The position numbers and the translations under genes were made by a program. From an uncultured delta proteobacterium (GTDB taxonomy: Bacteria > Desulfobacterota > Binatia > Binatales > Binataceae), in contig CAVQEQ010000003.1 in NCBI GenBank assembly GCA_963711565.1, forward strand, positions 1,088,001 through 1,152,000: a stretch of DNA of 64,000 nt, given 5' to 3'. The notes under the pieces were generated by a model, which was not told where the DNA came from, ran no database searches, and saw only the letters and a program-made list of their open reading frames with translations. Positions 47,039-55,812 of this stretch are shown here, piece after piece (the first letter of the stretch is position 1; each line of letters starts with the position of its first letter).

Positions 47039-48119
47039 GTGAGCGATCCATCGAAACTCCCGCCCGTCGAAGTGAGCTGGTTCTCCGCACTGTGCGACGA
47101 CGACTACGAATTCCTCGGCGTCCCCGACGAGCGCCTGCGCTCCAGCTACGAACATTGCCGCGACATCGTGCTCGGTGCGGAGCGCGGCGGCTTCGACAAT
47201 ATCCTGCTGCCGTCCGGCTATCAGCTCGGCATCGATACCATCGCGTTCGCCGGCGGGATCGCGCCGCTCATCAGCCGCATCCGCCTGCTGGTGGCGGTCC
47301 GATGCGGTGAGATGTGGCCGCCGCAGCTCGCGCGCCAAATCGCCACGCTCGATCGCATGCTCGGCGGACGGCTGACGATCAACATCATCTTCGAGCGAGC
47401 TGCCGGGGCAGCCGATGGAGTCCGGGCCGCGCTACCGGCGATGCGTCGAGGTCATGCGCATCCTGCGGACGCTGCTGGATAGTGAATCTCTCGCGATCGA
47501 CGGCGAGTTCTACAAGGTCAAACTCGAGCCGCCTCGCCTCGCGACGGTTTCGCGCCGGTGTCCCCCGATGTACTTCGGCGGCCTGTCAGACGACGCGCGC
47601 GAGGCCGCGGCCGAAGGATGCGACGTGTACCTGATGTGGCCGGACACACTCGACAACGTGAAGGCGATCATCGACGACCTGTCGGCTCGCGCGGCGCGCC
47701 GCGGACGCAAGCTCAGATTCGGCTATCGCGTGCACGTGGTGGTGCGCGAAACTGAATCCGAAGCGCGCGGCGCCGCCGATCGATTGTTGTCGCGGCTCGA
47801 CGCGGACGTGGGCGACCAGATCCTGCGCAAGTCCCTCGACCATCAATCGACCGGCACCCGCCGTCAGGCGGAACTACGCCAAGGCGCGACCGGCGACGGC
47901 TATATCGAAGAGAATCTGTGGACCGGCATCGGGCGCGCACGCTCGGGATGCGGCGCGGCAATCGTCGGCGACCCCGATCAGGTCCTGCGCAAGCTCAACG
48001 CCTATCGCCGCCTCGGAATCGAGGCCTTCATCCTGTCCGGCTATCCCCACGCCGCCGAATGCGACCTGTTCGCGCGCCACGTCCTGCCGCACCTGGATCA
48101 CGGCCCGCTGACCATCTGA
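47039..48119 (+). pseudogene. LLM flavin monooxygenase, sulfoquinovose monooxygenase (SmoC)-like, with a +1 frameshift near 47389
   Basis: EVSWFSALCDDDY..LGVPD..LRSS.EHC, RCGEM, CDVYLMWP, NLWTGIGRARSGCGAA, SGYPH. Removing one T restores NIISSELPG. Confidence 0.78.
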
Positions 48120-48197
48120 CCGCGGCCGGCGCACTTGACGCCGCTACGCGCGCAGACTGCAAGAAGGGCGCGTAACCTTCGTGGCGACGACCGGGGC

Positions 48198-48680
48198 CTA
48201 CTCCTCTGTCTCCGTCAGTTCGAATGTCCCCTTGCCCTTGCAGTGCCCGCCGCCCTTGACCAGGAACGTGCCCTCCATCGTGGGCGGCATCGCGTCAGGA
48301 TCGACGGTCGCCAGCACCTTGGCGGTACAATCGTGACTAGCCCCGCTCGTAGTATGAAATGTGATCTTGAGGTCGTCTTTGGAAATCTTGCCGCTGACGT
48401 TTCCGGCGGGAGTCTCATCGTCGGTTGTCACACTGAAAGTACCGCCGAGTTTTTTCTGATTTTGAGTGAGCACCAGCGTCATCGGACCCGGGCTGCTGCC
48501 GTCCTGAGTGTCCGTGCCGGTCCAGGTGCCCGCGACCTGGGTAATCGGTGGCTTGTTCTTCGCTTCGCCCGTGCCGGATTCGTCGGCATCCTGCGCGTGC
48601 GCGGCGGTCAGGCAAAGCAAAGCCAACAGTATCGACGACGCGGCGAATATCGCCCCGACGCGCTTCATTGGTAACTTCAT
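48198..48680 (-). CDS. Exported small beta-barrel hypothetical protein
   Basis: Signal peptide AHA; VAGTWTGT; one Cys pair. Confidence 0.7.
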   Translation of the reverse strand: MKLPMKRVGAIFAASSILLALLCLTAAHAQDADESGTGEAKNKPPITQVAGTWTGTDTQDGSSPGPMTLVLTQNQKKLGGTFSVTTDDETPAGNVSGKISKDDLKITFHTTSGASHDCTAKVLATVDPDAMPPTMEGTFLVKGGGHCKGKGTFELTETEE

Positions 48681-48931
48681 ATCGTTCCTCCCCCTCAATC
48701 CCTTCGACGGAATTATGGCTGACAAACTAATGCCAATGCGGTTCATAGTACGATCTCAATCGTTAAAGGTTACAGAATCATTCGATTGTGACTTGTGTTT
48801 AGCAGAAGCGCGCTGGCTGTGTCTGGAAACAGACGGCTACGTCAAATCGGCGCGGAAGCGGGTGCTGTCCCCCGGGCGAGGGCGCTGAGGAAGAATGAAA
48901 GTGCCGATATAAGTTGCGCGAGGCCGCTTGG

Positions 48932-48960
48932 CTTGACACTGCAACTTGACAGTGTCAAGT
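48932..48960. promoter_or_regulatory. Palindromic operator (probable TetR site) containing TTGACA hexamers
   Basis: Perfect ACTTGACA-G-TGTCAAGT plus an extra upstream half-site CTTGACACTG. Confidence 0.7.
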
Positions 48961-49005
48961 ATTCATCCTATGCTCCGTCGCAGAACAAGATGAGGAGCAC
49001 CGCCG

Positions 49006-50283
49006 ATGGAACCTTCAGAATACGTCGCCCCGGATGGCTCGTGGATTCAGCCTGAAATCTTCTCCGACCCCGCGCTCTACGAACTCGAAAAACAGCGCGT
49101 GTTCGGACGCTCGTGGCTGCTGCTCGGCCATGAATCGCAATTGCCAAGGCCCGGATCATTTCTGCGCACGTTCATGGGCGAGGAGTCCGTGCTCGTGACG
49201 CGCGACCGCAACGGCAGCCTTCGCGCGCATCTCAACGCGTGCCGCCATCGCGGCTTCCAGGTATGCCAGGAGGATCGCGGCATCGCGCATCGCTTTCAGT
49301 GCCGCTACCACGGCTGGACCTACGACAGCGACGGCAGCCTGGCCGCGGTGCCCGGCGAGGCGTCGATCTACTACAACGAAATCGACAAGCAGAAATGGGG
49401 ACTGGCGCCGGTCGCGCGCCTCGACACGTACAAGGGACTGATCTTCGGCAATTTCGATCCGGACGCGCCGACGCTCGAGGACTTCCTCGGCGACATGGCA
49501 TGGTACCTCGACGTGATTCTCGACCGCCGCGCCGGCGGCACCGAATTCCTCGGGCCGCAGCGATGGCGTATCGCGAGCAACTGGAAAGTCGTCGCGGAGA
49601 ATCATTGCGGCGACGAGTACCACGTCGGCTTCGCGCACGGCTCGGTCTTCCCGCCCGACCTCGGCGCCAATCGCGCCACTCCCCTGCCGTTCGCGCGCGA
49701 AGTTCGCCCGGCTCTCGGCCACGGTCTCGGCATCAATATCTTCCCCGATGAAATGTCGCCCGCGGAGCATTTGACTCAGAGCCCGGCCGCCGACGCGCCG
49801 CCGGAAGTTCGCGATTACCTGATGCGCACGCAGGACGAAGTCGTCGAGCGCCTGGGCAAACAGCGCTCGCACATCGTGCTCATCCACGGCGCGGTGTGGC
49901 CGAATTTCGGAATGGTGCCAATCGTGAACTCGCTCCGCATCATCCAGCCCCGAGGCGTCGGCGAAGTCGAGATGTGGGCGTACAGCCTTGTCGATCGCGA
50001 CGCGCCGGCCGCGGTGAAGGCCTGGATAGCCAGCCTGACGACTCGCACGTTCGGACCCGCCGGCAGCTTCGAGCAGGACGACGCCGCCAACTGGGCCGCG
50101 GTGACGCGCTCGAGCCTCGGCGTCGAGGCGCGCAAGCATCGCCTCAACCTGCAGATGGGCCTTGGGCACGAGGAGCGCTCCGATCGCGTGCCCGGCGAAC
50201 TCGGCATGACGGCGAGCGAGATCAATCAGCGCGGCTTCTATCTCCGCTGGATGCGCGACATGTTCGGAGGTGAATGCCGATGA
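49006..50283 (+). CDS. Rieske aromatic ring-hydroxylating dioxygenase, alpha subunit
   Basis: CRH...CRYH Rieske ligands; NWK..AEN...DEYH....H; EQDD. Confidence 0.93.
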   Translation: MEPSEYVAPDGSWIQPEIFSDPALYELEKQRVFGRSWLLLGHESQLPRPGSFLRTFMGEESVLVTRDRNGSLRAHLNACRHRGFQVCQEDRGIAHRFQCRYHGWTYDSDGSLAAVPGEASIYYNEIDKQKWGLAPVARLDTYKGLIFGNFDPDAPTLEDFLGDMAWYLDVILDRRAGGTEFLGPQRWRIASNWKVVAENHCGDEYHVGFAHGSVFPPDLGANRATPLPFAREVRPALGHGLGINIFPDEMSPAEHLTQSPAADAPPEVRDYLMRTQDEVVERLGKQRSHIVLIHGAVWPNFGMVPIVNSLRIIQPRGVGEVEMWAYSLVDRDAPAAVKAWIASLTTRTFGPAGSFEQDDAANWAAVTRSSLGVEARKHRLNLQMGLGHEERSDRVPGELGMTASEINQRGFYLRWMRDMFGGECR

Positions 50284-50828
50284 ATGCGAGCGTGAACGCC
50301 GAGAATTTCACCCTGCTGCTCAGGGTCCAGCAATGGCTCTATCGCGAGGCGCGGATGCTTGACGAGCGCCGCTTCGATCTGTGGCTCGACCTGCTCGACG
50401 AACAGATCCGCTACCGAATCCCGAGCCGCGCCTATGTGCGGCAGGGGCACGTGAAGGATTTCTCGACCTGGTCGGTTGATCGCGAGTTGGAAGCGGCCGA
50501 CGCGCTGCCGTTGATCGACGACGATTTGCGCGCGCTGCGCAACCGAATCGAACGTTTGCAAACCGGGATGGCGTGGGCGGAGACGCCGCCCTCAATCGCG
50601 CGCCGGCTCGTCAGCAACGTGATGATTCTCGACGTGGAAGAGGCCGGGCGCCTGTCGGTCGTAAGCACGATTTTCCTGCACAAGGTCCGCGGCGACAGCC
50701 GAATGCTGTTCACGGCCGAGCGCCGCGATCGGCTCGTCCCCGTGGGCGACGGCTTCCGCTTGCAGGAACGCTACGTCGTTCTCGACGACGTAGTTCTCGC
50801 GTCGGAGAACCTGTCGCTCCTCTTCTGA
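50280..50828 (+). CDS. Ring-hydroxylating dioxygenase, beta subunit
   Basis: LYREARMLD, WAETPPS..RR.VSN, RRDRL; ATGA overlap with alpha. Confidence 0.9.
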   Translation: MNASVNAENFTLLLRVQQWLYREARMLDERRFDLWLDLLDEQIRYRIPSRAYVRQGHVKDFSTWSVDRELEAADALPLIDDDLRALRNRIERLQTGMAWAETPPSIARRLVSNVMILDVEEAGRLSVVSTIFLHKVRGDSRMLFTAERRDRLVPVGDGFRLQERYVVLDDVVLASENLSLLF

Positions 50829-51433
50829 GCGATTCGTTTCGTCGTCGCGCCCGCCTGGCTGAACATTTCCGCGGTCGTGTCGATGAACGATGCGATCGAC
50901 ACTCCGCGCAGCGTTGCGGCGAGCGGGCCGTCGAGCCACAAGGTCGCGACGCCGTGCACAGCGGCCCAGAGCGCGTTCGCGACTTCGATCAGCCGCTTGT
51001 CGTCAATCGCGGCGCGCGGATGGCATCCGGCAAGCGTATCGACCAGCCGCTGAAAGGTCAGCATCGCCGCCGCGCCCGTCTCGGGATAGCGCCGCATATT
51101 GACCAGCTCCGGCCGGAACATCACGCCGTAATGGACGGGATTGTCGATCGCGAAGGTCATGTAGGCGCGCAGCAGATGCCGCAGAATTTCCGGCGGACGT
51201 TTACGGCGATACCTCGTGCGCGCATCCACCAGCCGCTCGTCGAGCCGGCTGAACCCCTCGTGCGCGATCGCCGCAAGAATCCCCTCGCGATTATTGAAGT
51301 GATGATACGGCGTCTGATGACTCACGCCGGCCCGCCGCGACATCTCGCGAAAGCTCAAGCCGCCCAGCCCATGCTCGCCAATCAGCCGAACGCTCTCATC
51401 CACCAGCCTCTTCTTGGCCTCAGCCGCCTTCAT
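50771..51433 (-). CDS. TetR/AcrR regulator with WHG-type C-terminal domain
   Basis: LSFREMSRRAGVSHQTPYHHF; WAAVHG; converges on and overlaps the beta-subunit 3' end. Confidence 0.88.
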   Translation of the reverse strand: MKAAEAKKRLVDESVRLIGEHGLGGLSFREMSRRAGVSHQTPYHHFNNREGILAAIAHEGFSRLDERLVDARTRYRRKRPPEILRHLLRAYMTFAIDNPVHYGVMFRPELVNMRRYPETGAAAMLTFQRLVDTLAGCHPRAAIDDKRLIEVANALWAAVHGVATLWLDGPLAATLRGVSIASFIDTTAEMFSQAGATTKRIAQKRSDRFSDARTTSSRTT

Positions 51434-51450
51434 CAAGCCAAGTATAAACC

Positions 51451-51541
51451 TCTCTTAACACCGGGTGCAGAGCCCGTCCTGAGCCAAGCCGAAGGAGGTC
51501 ACCCCTGCCCAAGGAAGCATGAAACCCACGGCGGGTTTCAT
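51451..51541 (+). repeat. Repeat family A, full copy interrupted by a second REP-like unit (51471-51496)
   Basis: gggtgcag[agcccgtcctgagccaagccgaagga]ggtcacccctgcccaaggaagcatgaaacccacggcgggtttcat. Confidence 0.8.
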
Positions 51542-51578
51542 TACAATTGAGTTCTGCGTTTGCAATCTGGAGGCACAC

Positions 51579-52010
51579 ATGAAGATTCCGCAAATGTTGC
51601 ACGAGCTGATCGCGAAGGCGCCGCTAGGTCATCTGACGACGCTGAATCGCGACGGCAGCCCGCAGGTCACGTTGATCTGGGTTGGAATCGAGAACGACGA
51701 GTTCGTAATCGGCCACCTGGCGTTGCATCAGAAGATCAAAAACATCCGGCGCGATCCGCGAGTCGCGTTGTCCCTGATCGGCGACAAGACGAGTCTGCAG
51801 GGGATGCGCGAATACCTGGTGGTTTACGGCAACGCGCGCATCACCGAAGGCGGCGCCGTTCCCCTTCTGCAACGCCTCGCCCCACTTTACTTAGGCCCAA
51901 AAGCCAACTTCCCTCCGCCAAGCATGCAGCAGATTCCCGGCTACATCACGAGAATCGCGCCGTCCCGATTCTCGGGCATCGGCCCGTGGGCCGAGAAATC
52001 CGCTGAGTGA
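51579..52010 (+). CDS. PPOX-class (probably F420-dependent) split-barrel oxidoreductase
   Basis: LTTLNRDGSPQVT..W, K.KNIRRDPRVALS; GGAGG RBS. Confidence 0.85.
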   Translation: MKIPQMLHELIAKAPLGHLTTLNRDGSPQVTLIWVGIENDEFVIGHLALHQKIKNIRRDPRVALSLIGDKTSLQGMREYLVVYGNARITEGGAVPLLQRLAPLYLGPKANFPPPSMQQIPGYITRIAPSRFSGIGPWAEKSAE

Positions 52011-52105
52011 GCGATCGTCGAATCACGGGCCGACGTAGGCCGACGATTAGGACACAATTCCCTCAAAGTCGGTCGGCTGGATGAGATCAGCAGCGGGGCG
52101 CGCCC

Positions 52106-52197
52106 CTCCGTCATCCTGACGATGCGAGCAACGCGAGCTGAGGAAGGACCTCGGACAGCTTCGCGCACGCGAAGCCGGTTCCGGTTCTGAAATCGCG
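52106..52197 (+). repeat. Repeat family B, copy 2
   Basis: Matches 36645-36738. Confidence 0.85.
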
Positions 52198-52266
52198 CAT
52201 GCGCGAACCACACGATGACTGATGCTCATTTTTGTCGCTCCGTCTGCTAAGCTCGTCCACCGAAAA

Positions 52267-55200
52267 GTGCATCCGCTCGAAACCTATCTTCGCGATTTGT
52301 CTGAGGCGCACGCCGCCGGCGTTCCTGAGACGACCCATTATCCCGCACTGCGGGCGCTGCTCAACGAAATCGGCGGCACGCTCAAGCCGAAAGTGCGATG
52401 CGTCATAAATCCAAAGAGCAAGGGTGCAGGAATTCCCGACGGCGGGCTCTATACCCCTGATCAATTGCCAAAGGGCGGCGACCCGGAACCGCCGCTCGGG
52501 ACGCTGCCTGCGCGCGGAGCGATCGAGGCGAAATCAACCACGGACGATGCGTTCGCCGTCGCAAAGTCGGAACAGGTCGAAAAATACCTCAAGCTTTACC
52601 GCCAAGTGCTGGTCACCAACCTGCGCGATTTTGTCCTGATCGCATTGGATGGTGACGGTGGCCCGCGAATTCTTGAAAGCTACAAGCTCGCCGTCGATGA
52701 GGAATCGTTCTGGAGTGCGGCTGCGCATCCGCAGGCGATGGCGAAGCGAGAGGGAGATCGTTTCGCCGATTTCATCCGGCGCGTAATGCTCCATCCGGCG
52801 CCACTGGCTTCTCCCAAAAACGTCGCATGGTTTCTTGCGTCGTATGCGCGCGAGGCGCGCTGGCGAATCGAGAACCATCCGATACCTGCGCTGGCTGCAT
52901 TGCGCGAGGCGCTCGAACAAGGGCTTGGGCTCAAGTTCGAAGGCCCGGAAGGCGAACATTTCTTCCGCTCCACGCTGGTCCAGACGCTCTTCTATGGCGC
53001 GTTTGCGGCGTGGGTTTTGTGGAGCAAGGAGCATCCGTTTTCCGACCTCAGGGTAAAGTTCAACTGGAAGCTCGCCGGCGACCATCTTCATGTCCCGATT
53101 GTCGGGGTGCTGTTTCATCAACTGATCGAACCGTCGCAACTGAAGGCGCTTGGAATCGACGAAGTCCTGGATTGGGCCGGCGACGTGCTCAACCGTGTGG
53201 ATCGGGGGGCGTTCTTCAAAGCTTTCGAGGAGGAGCATGCGGTCCAGTATTTCTACGAACCATTTCTGGAAGCGTATGATCCTGCGCTGCGCAAACAGCT
53301 CGGAGTCTGGTACACGCCGCCTGAGATCGTGACCTACATGGTTGAGCGAGTCGATTCCGTTTTGCGCTCTGAACTCCATATCGCGGACGGGCTCGCAGAT
53401 CCGCGCGTGGTCGTACTCGATCCGTGCTGTGGAACGGGCAGCTACGTGGTCGAAGTGTTGCGGCGGATAGAAAAAACGCTGATCGAGAAGGGCAAGACTG
53501 CGCTGACGGCGAACGCGGTCAAAAAAGCTTCGATAGAACGCGTCTTCGGTTTCGAAATCATGCCCGCGCCGTACGTGATCTCGCATCTGCAAGTCGGAAT
53601 TGCTTTGCAGCAAATCGGCGCACCTCTATCTGAAGATGCGAACGAACGCGCGGCGGTCTATCTGACGAACTCGCTCACTGGCTGGGAGCCGCCGAAAGGT
53701 CCGAAGCAACACATAGTCGCGTTTCCGCAGTTGGAGCAGGAGCGCGACGCCGCCGAAGAGGTGAAACGGACCAAGCCGATCATCGTGATTCTGGGCAACC
53801 CGCCTTACAACGCTTTTGCGGGCGTCAGTCCAGCCGAAGAGATGGGTTTGGTCGAGCCGTACAAGGAAGGACTCGTCGCGGAGTGGAAGATCAAGAAGTT
53901 CAATCTCGACGATCTATACGTCCGATTCTTTCGGATCGCGGAGAGAAGAATCACAGAGGGCAAAACAGGCACTGGCATCGTCGCGTTCATTTCTAACTTT
54001 TCCTACATCGAGGATGCTTCGTTCGTAGTGATGCGGCAGCGGTTGATCTCGGAGTTCGACCGAATCTGGATCGACTGTATGAACGGCGACAGCCGCGAGA
54101 CCGGCAAATTGACTCCTGATGGAAAGCCCGATCCAAGCGTGTTCTCGACCGAATATAACCATGAGGGAATTCGAGTCGGCACGGCGGTAGCAGTGATGGC
54201 CCGCGCGGAATCGAACGCAAAGCGGGCAAGCGTCGGCTTCCGTGAATTTTGGGGCACGTCGAAGCGCCAGGACTTGATCGATTCATTGAACGCTAAACAT
54301 TTTGATGCACGATATGAACCCGCAAACCCCGAGAAGTCCAACCGCTATTCGTTCAGACCCTCAAAGTCGTCGAAGCAGTATTCGAGCTGGCCGAAAATCG
54401 TCGAGTTATGCGCGATGCCACCGGTAAATGGTCTAATGGAGAAGCGCGGAGGCGCGCTCATCAATATTGATCGAGCTAAGCTGGCAGAGCGCATGCACGC
54501 GTACTTCAATCCGAAGCTCGATTGGACCGAGTACTCGGCGCTCGGTTATGGCCTAGTCGAGGAGCAGGCGGGATTTGATCCGAAGACCGCGCGTCGGAAG
54601 GCTCTTGAAAGTGAGGTGTACGACGCGGAGCGGATTGTTCGCTACGCGATAAGACCATTCGACACAAGATGGTGCTATTACACTGCGGTGCCTCCGATTT
54701 GGAATCGGGCGAGGCCGCAGCTATGGGCTCAAAACCACAATGGGAACGAGTTCCTGATCACCCGCCCGGCGGGCGTTGCATCGCCCGAAGGAGTTCCGTT
54801 CCATTTCACGCGCTGCTTGGGTGACAATGATTTGCTCCGCGGCCATGCCTATTACACTCCGACGACATTGAAGGGACCGATATCCAGGAAAAACCTCAGT
54901 TCGCTCGGCAAATCATATTTAGAGAAAATCGAGCTCCCATCGCCAAAAGACGATCTTCTATTGTCGCACTCTCTAGCGGTCGGATACGCGCCGTCATATT
55001 TGTCGGAAAACGCTGACGGCATACGAGGAGACTGGCCGAGAATCCCACTGCCGGACTCCAAAGACGCACTCATCCGCTCCGCAGAACTCGGCCGTCAGAT
55101 CGCGGCCCTGCTCGACACTGAAAATTCGGTTGCGGGAGTTACGGCAGGTGCGATCCGTCCCGAACTGAAAGAAATCGCCGTTATCTGGAGCGACGGAGGC

Positions 55201-55668
55201 GGCTCTCTTGAGCCAGCGAAGGGACACCTGGCCTTGAGGGCGGGATGGGGTCATGCCAGCAAGGAAGGGGCCGTAATGCCAGGTAAGGGTCTCGCGAAGG
55301 TACGCGACTACAGGAAGTCCGAGCTAACTGCATTAGAGGAAGGCGCCAAGAAACTCGGCGTGTCGCCCATTGAACTGCTGACGCCGCTTGGCGTGCAGAC
55401 GATGGACATCCATTTGAACAACGTCGCGTACTGGAAGAACATCCCGGCGCGGGTCTGGGAATACACGATCGGCGGCTATCAGGTGATCAAAAAGTGGCTA
55501 AGCTACCGCGAGCGCGACCTGCTCGGCCGCGACTTGAGTACCGATGAGGTTGACGAGGTTACCGCGATGGCCCGGCGCATCGCGGCGATTGTATTGCTCG
55601 AGCCGTCGCTCGACGCGAATTACGCAAGCATAAAGTCCGCCACCTACGATTGGCCTTCAGGCAGCTAA
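52267..55668 (+). CDS. Single-chain restriction-modification enzyme (nuclease + m6A MTase + type ISP-like specificity domain, no helicase)
   Basis: IPDG...IEAK, FYEPFL.AYD, GVWYTP, LDPCCGTG, GNPPY, C-terminal YTIGGYQVIKKWL. Confidence 0.88.
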   Translation: MHPLETYLRDLSEAHAAGVPETTHYPALRALLNEIGGTLKPKVRCVINPKSKGAGIPDGGLYTPDQLPKGGDPEPPLGTLPARGAIEAKSTTDDAFAVAKSEQVEKYLKLYRQVLVTNLRDFVLIALDGDGGPRILESYKLAVDEESFWSAAAHPQAMAKREGDRFADFIRRVMLHPAPLASPKNVAWFLASYAREARWRIENHPIPALAALREALEQGLGLKFEGPEGEHFFRSTLVQTLFYGAFAAWVLWSKEHPFSDLRVKFNWKLAGDHLHVPIVGVLFHQLIEPSQLKALGIDEVLDWAGDVLNRVDRGAFFKAFEEEHAVQYFYEPFLEAYDPALRKQLGVWYTPPEIVTYMVERVDSVLRSELHIADGLADPRVVVLDPCCGTGSYVVEVLRRIEKTLIEKGKTALTANAVKKASIERVFGFEIMPAPYVISHLQVGIALQQIGAPLSEDANERAAVYLTNSLTGWEPPKGPKQHIVAFPQLEQERDAAEEVKRTKPIIVILGNPPYNAFAGVSPAEEMGLVEPYKEGLVAEWKIKKFNLDDLYVRFFRIAERRITEGKTGTGIVAFISNFSYIEDASFVVMRQRLISEFDRIWIDCMNGDSRETGKLTPDGKPDPSVFSTEYNHEGIRVGTAVAVMARAESNAKRASVGFREFWGTSKRQDLIDSLNAKHFDARYEPANPEKSNRYSFRPSKSSKQYSSWPKIVELCAMPPVNGLMEKRGGALINIDRAKLAERMHAYFNPKLDWTEYSALGYGLVEEQAGFDPKTARRKALESEVYDAERIVRYAIRPFDTRWCYYTAVPPIWNRARPQLWAQNHNGNEFLITRPAGVASPEGVPFHFTRCLGDNDLLRGHAYYTPTTLKGPISRKNLSSLGKSYLEKIELPSPKDDLLLSHSLAVGYAPSYLSENADGIRGDWPRIPLPDSKDALIRSAELGRQIAALLDTENSVAGVTAGAIRPELKEIAVIWSDGGGSLEPAKGHLALRAGWGHASKEGAVMPGKGLAKVRDYRKSELTALEEGAKKLGVSPIELLTPLGVQTMDIHLNNVAYWKNIPARVWEYTIGGYQVIKKWLSYRERDLLGRDLSTDEVDEVTAMARRIAAIVLLEPSLDANYASIKSATYDWPSGS

Positions 55669-55812
55669 TCACGTGGATGGGAGACGGAATAAATTCCGTC
55701 GTACGAACTTTTCTCGCTGACCCGCGAGGCGGAAGCCGAAAATTCCATGACGGAGAGAAGTAATCCGGGATTCTTCGCCGCGGCGGCTCTGAATGACAAC
55801 GAGCTTCCGGTG

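Noticed and set aside
47380-47400. Programmed frameshift in the LLM monooxygenase
   Set aside because: No slippery heptamer or homopolymer run; a sequencing error or recent mutation is simpler.
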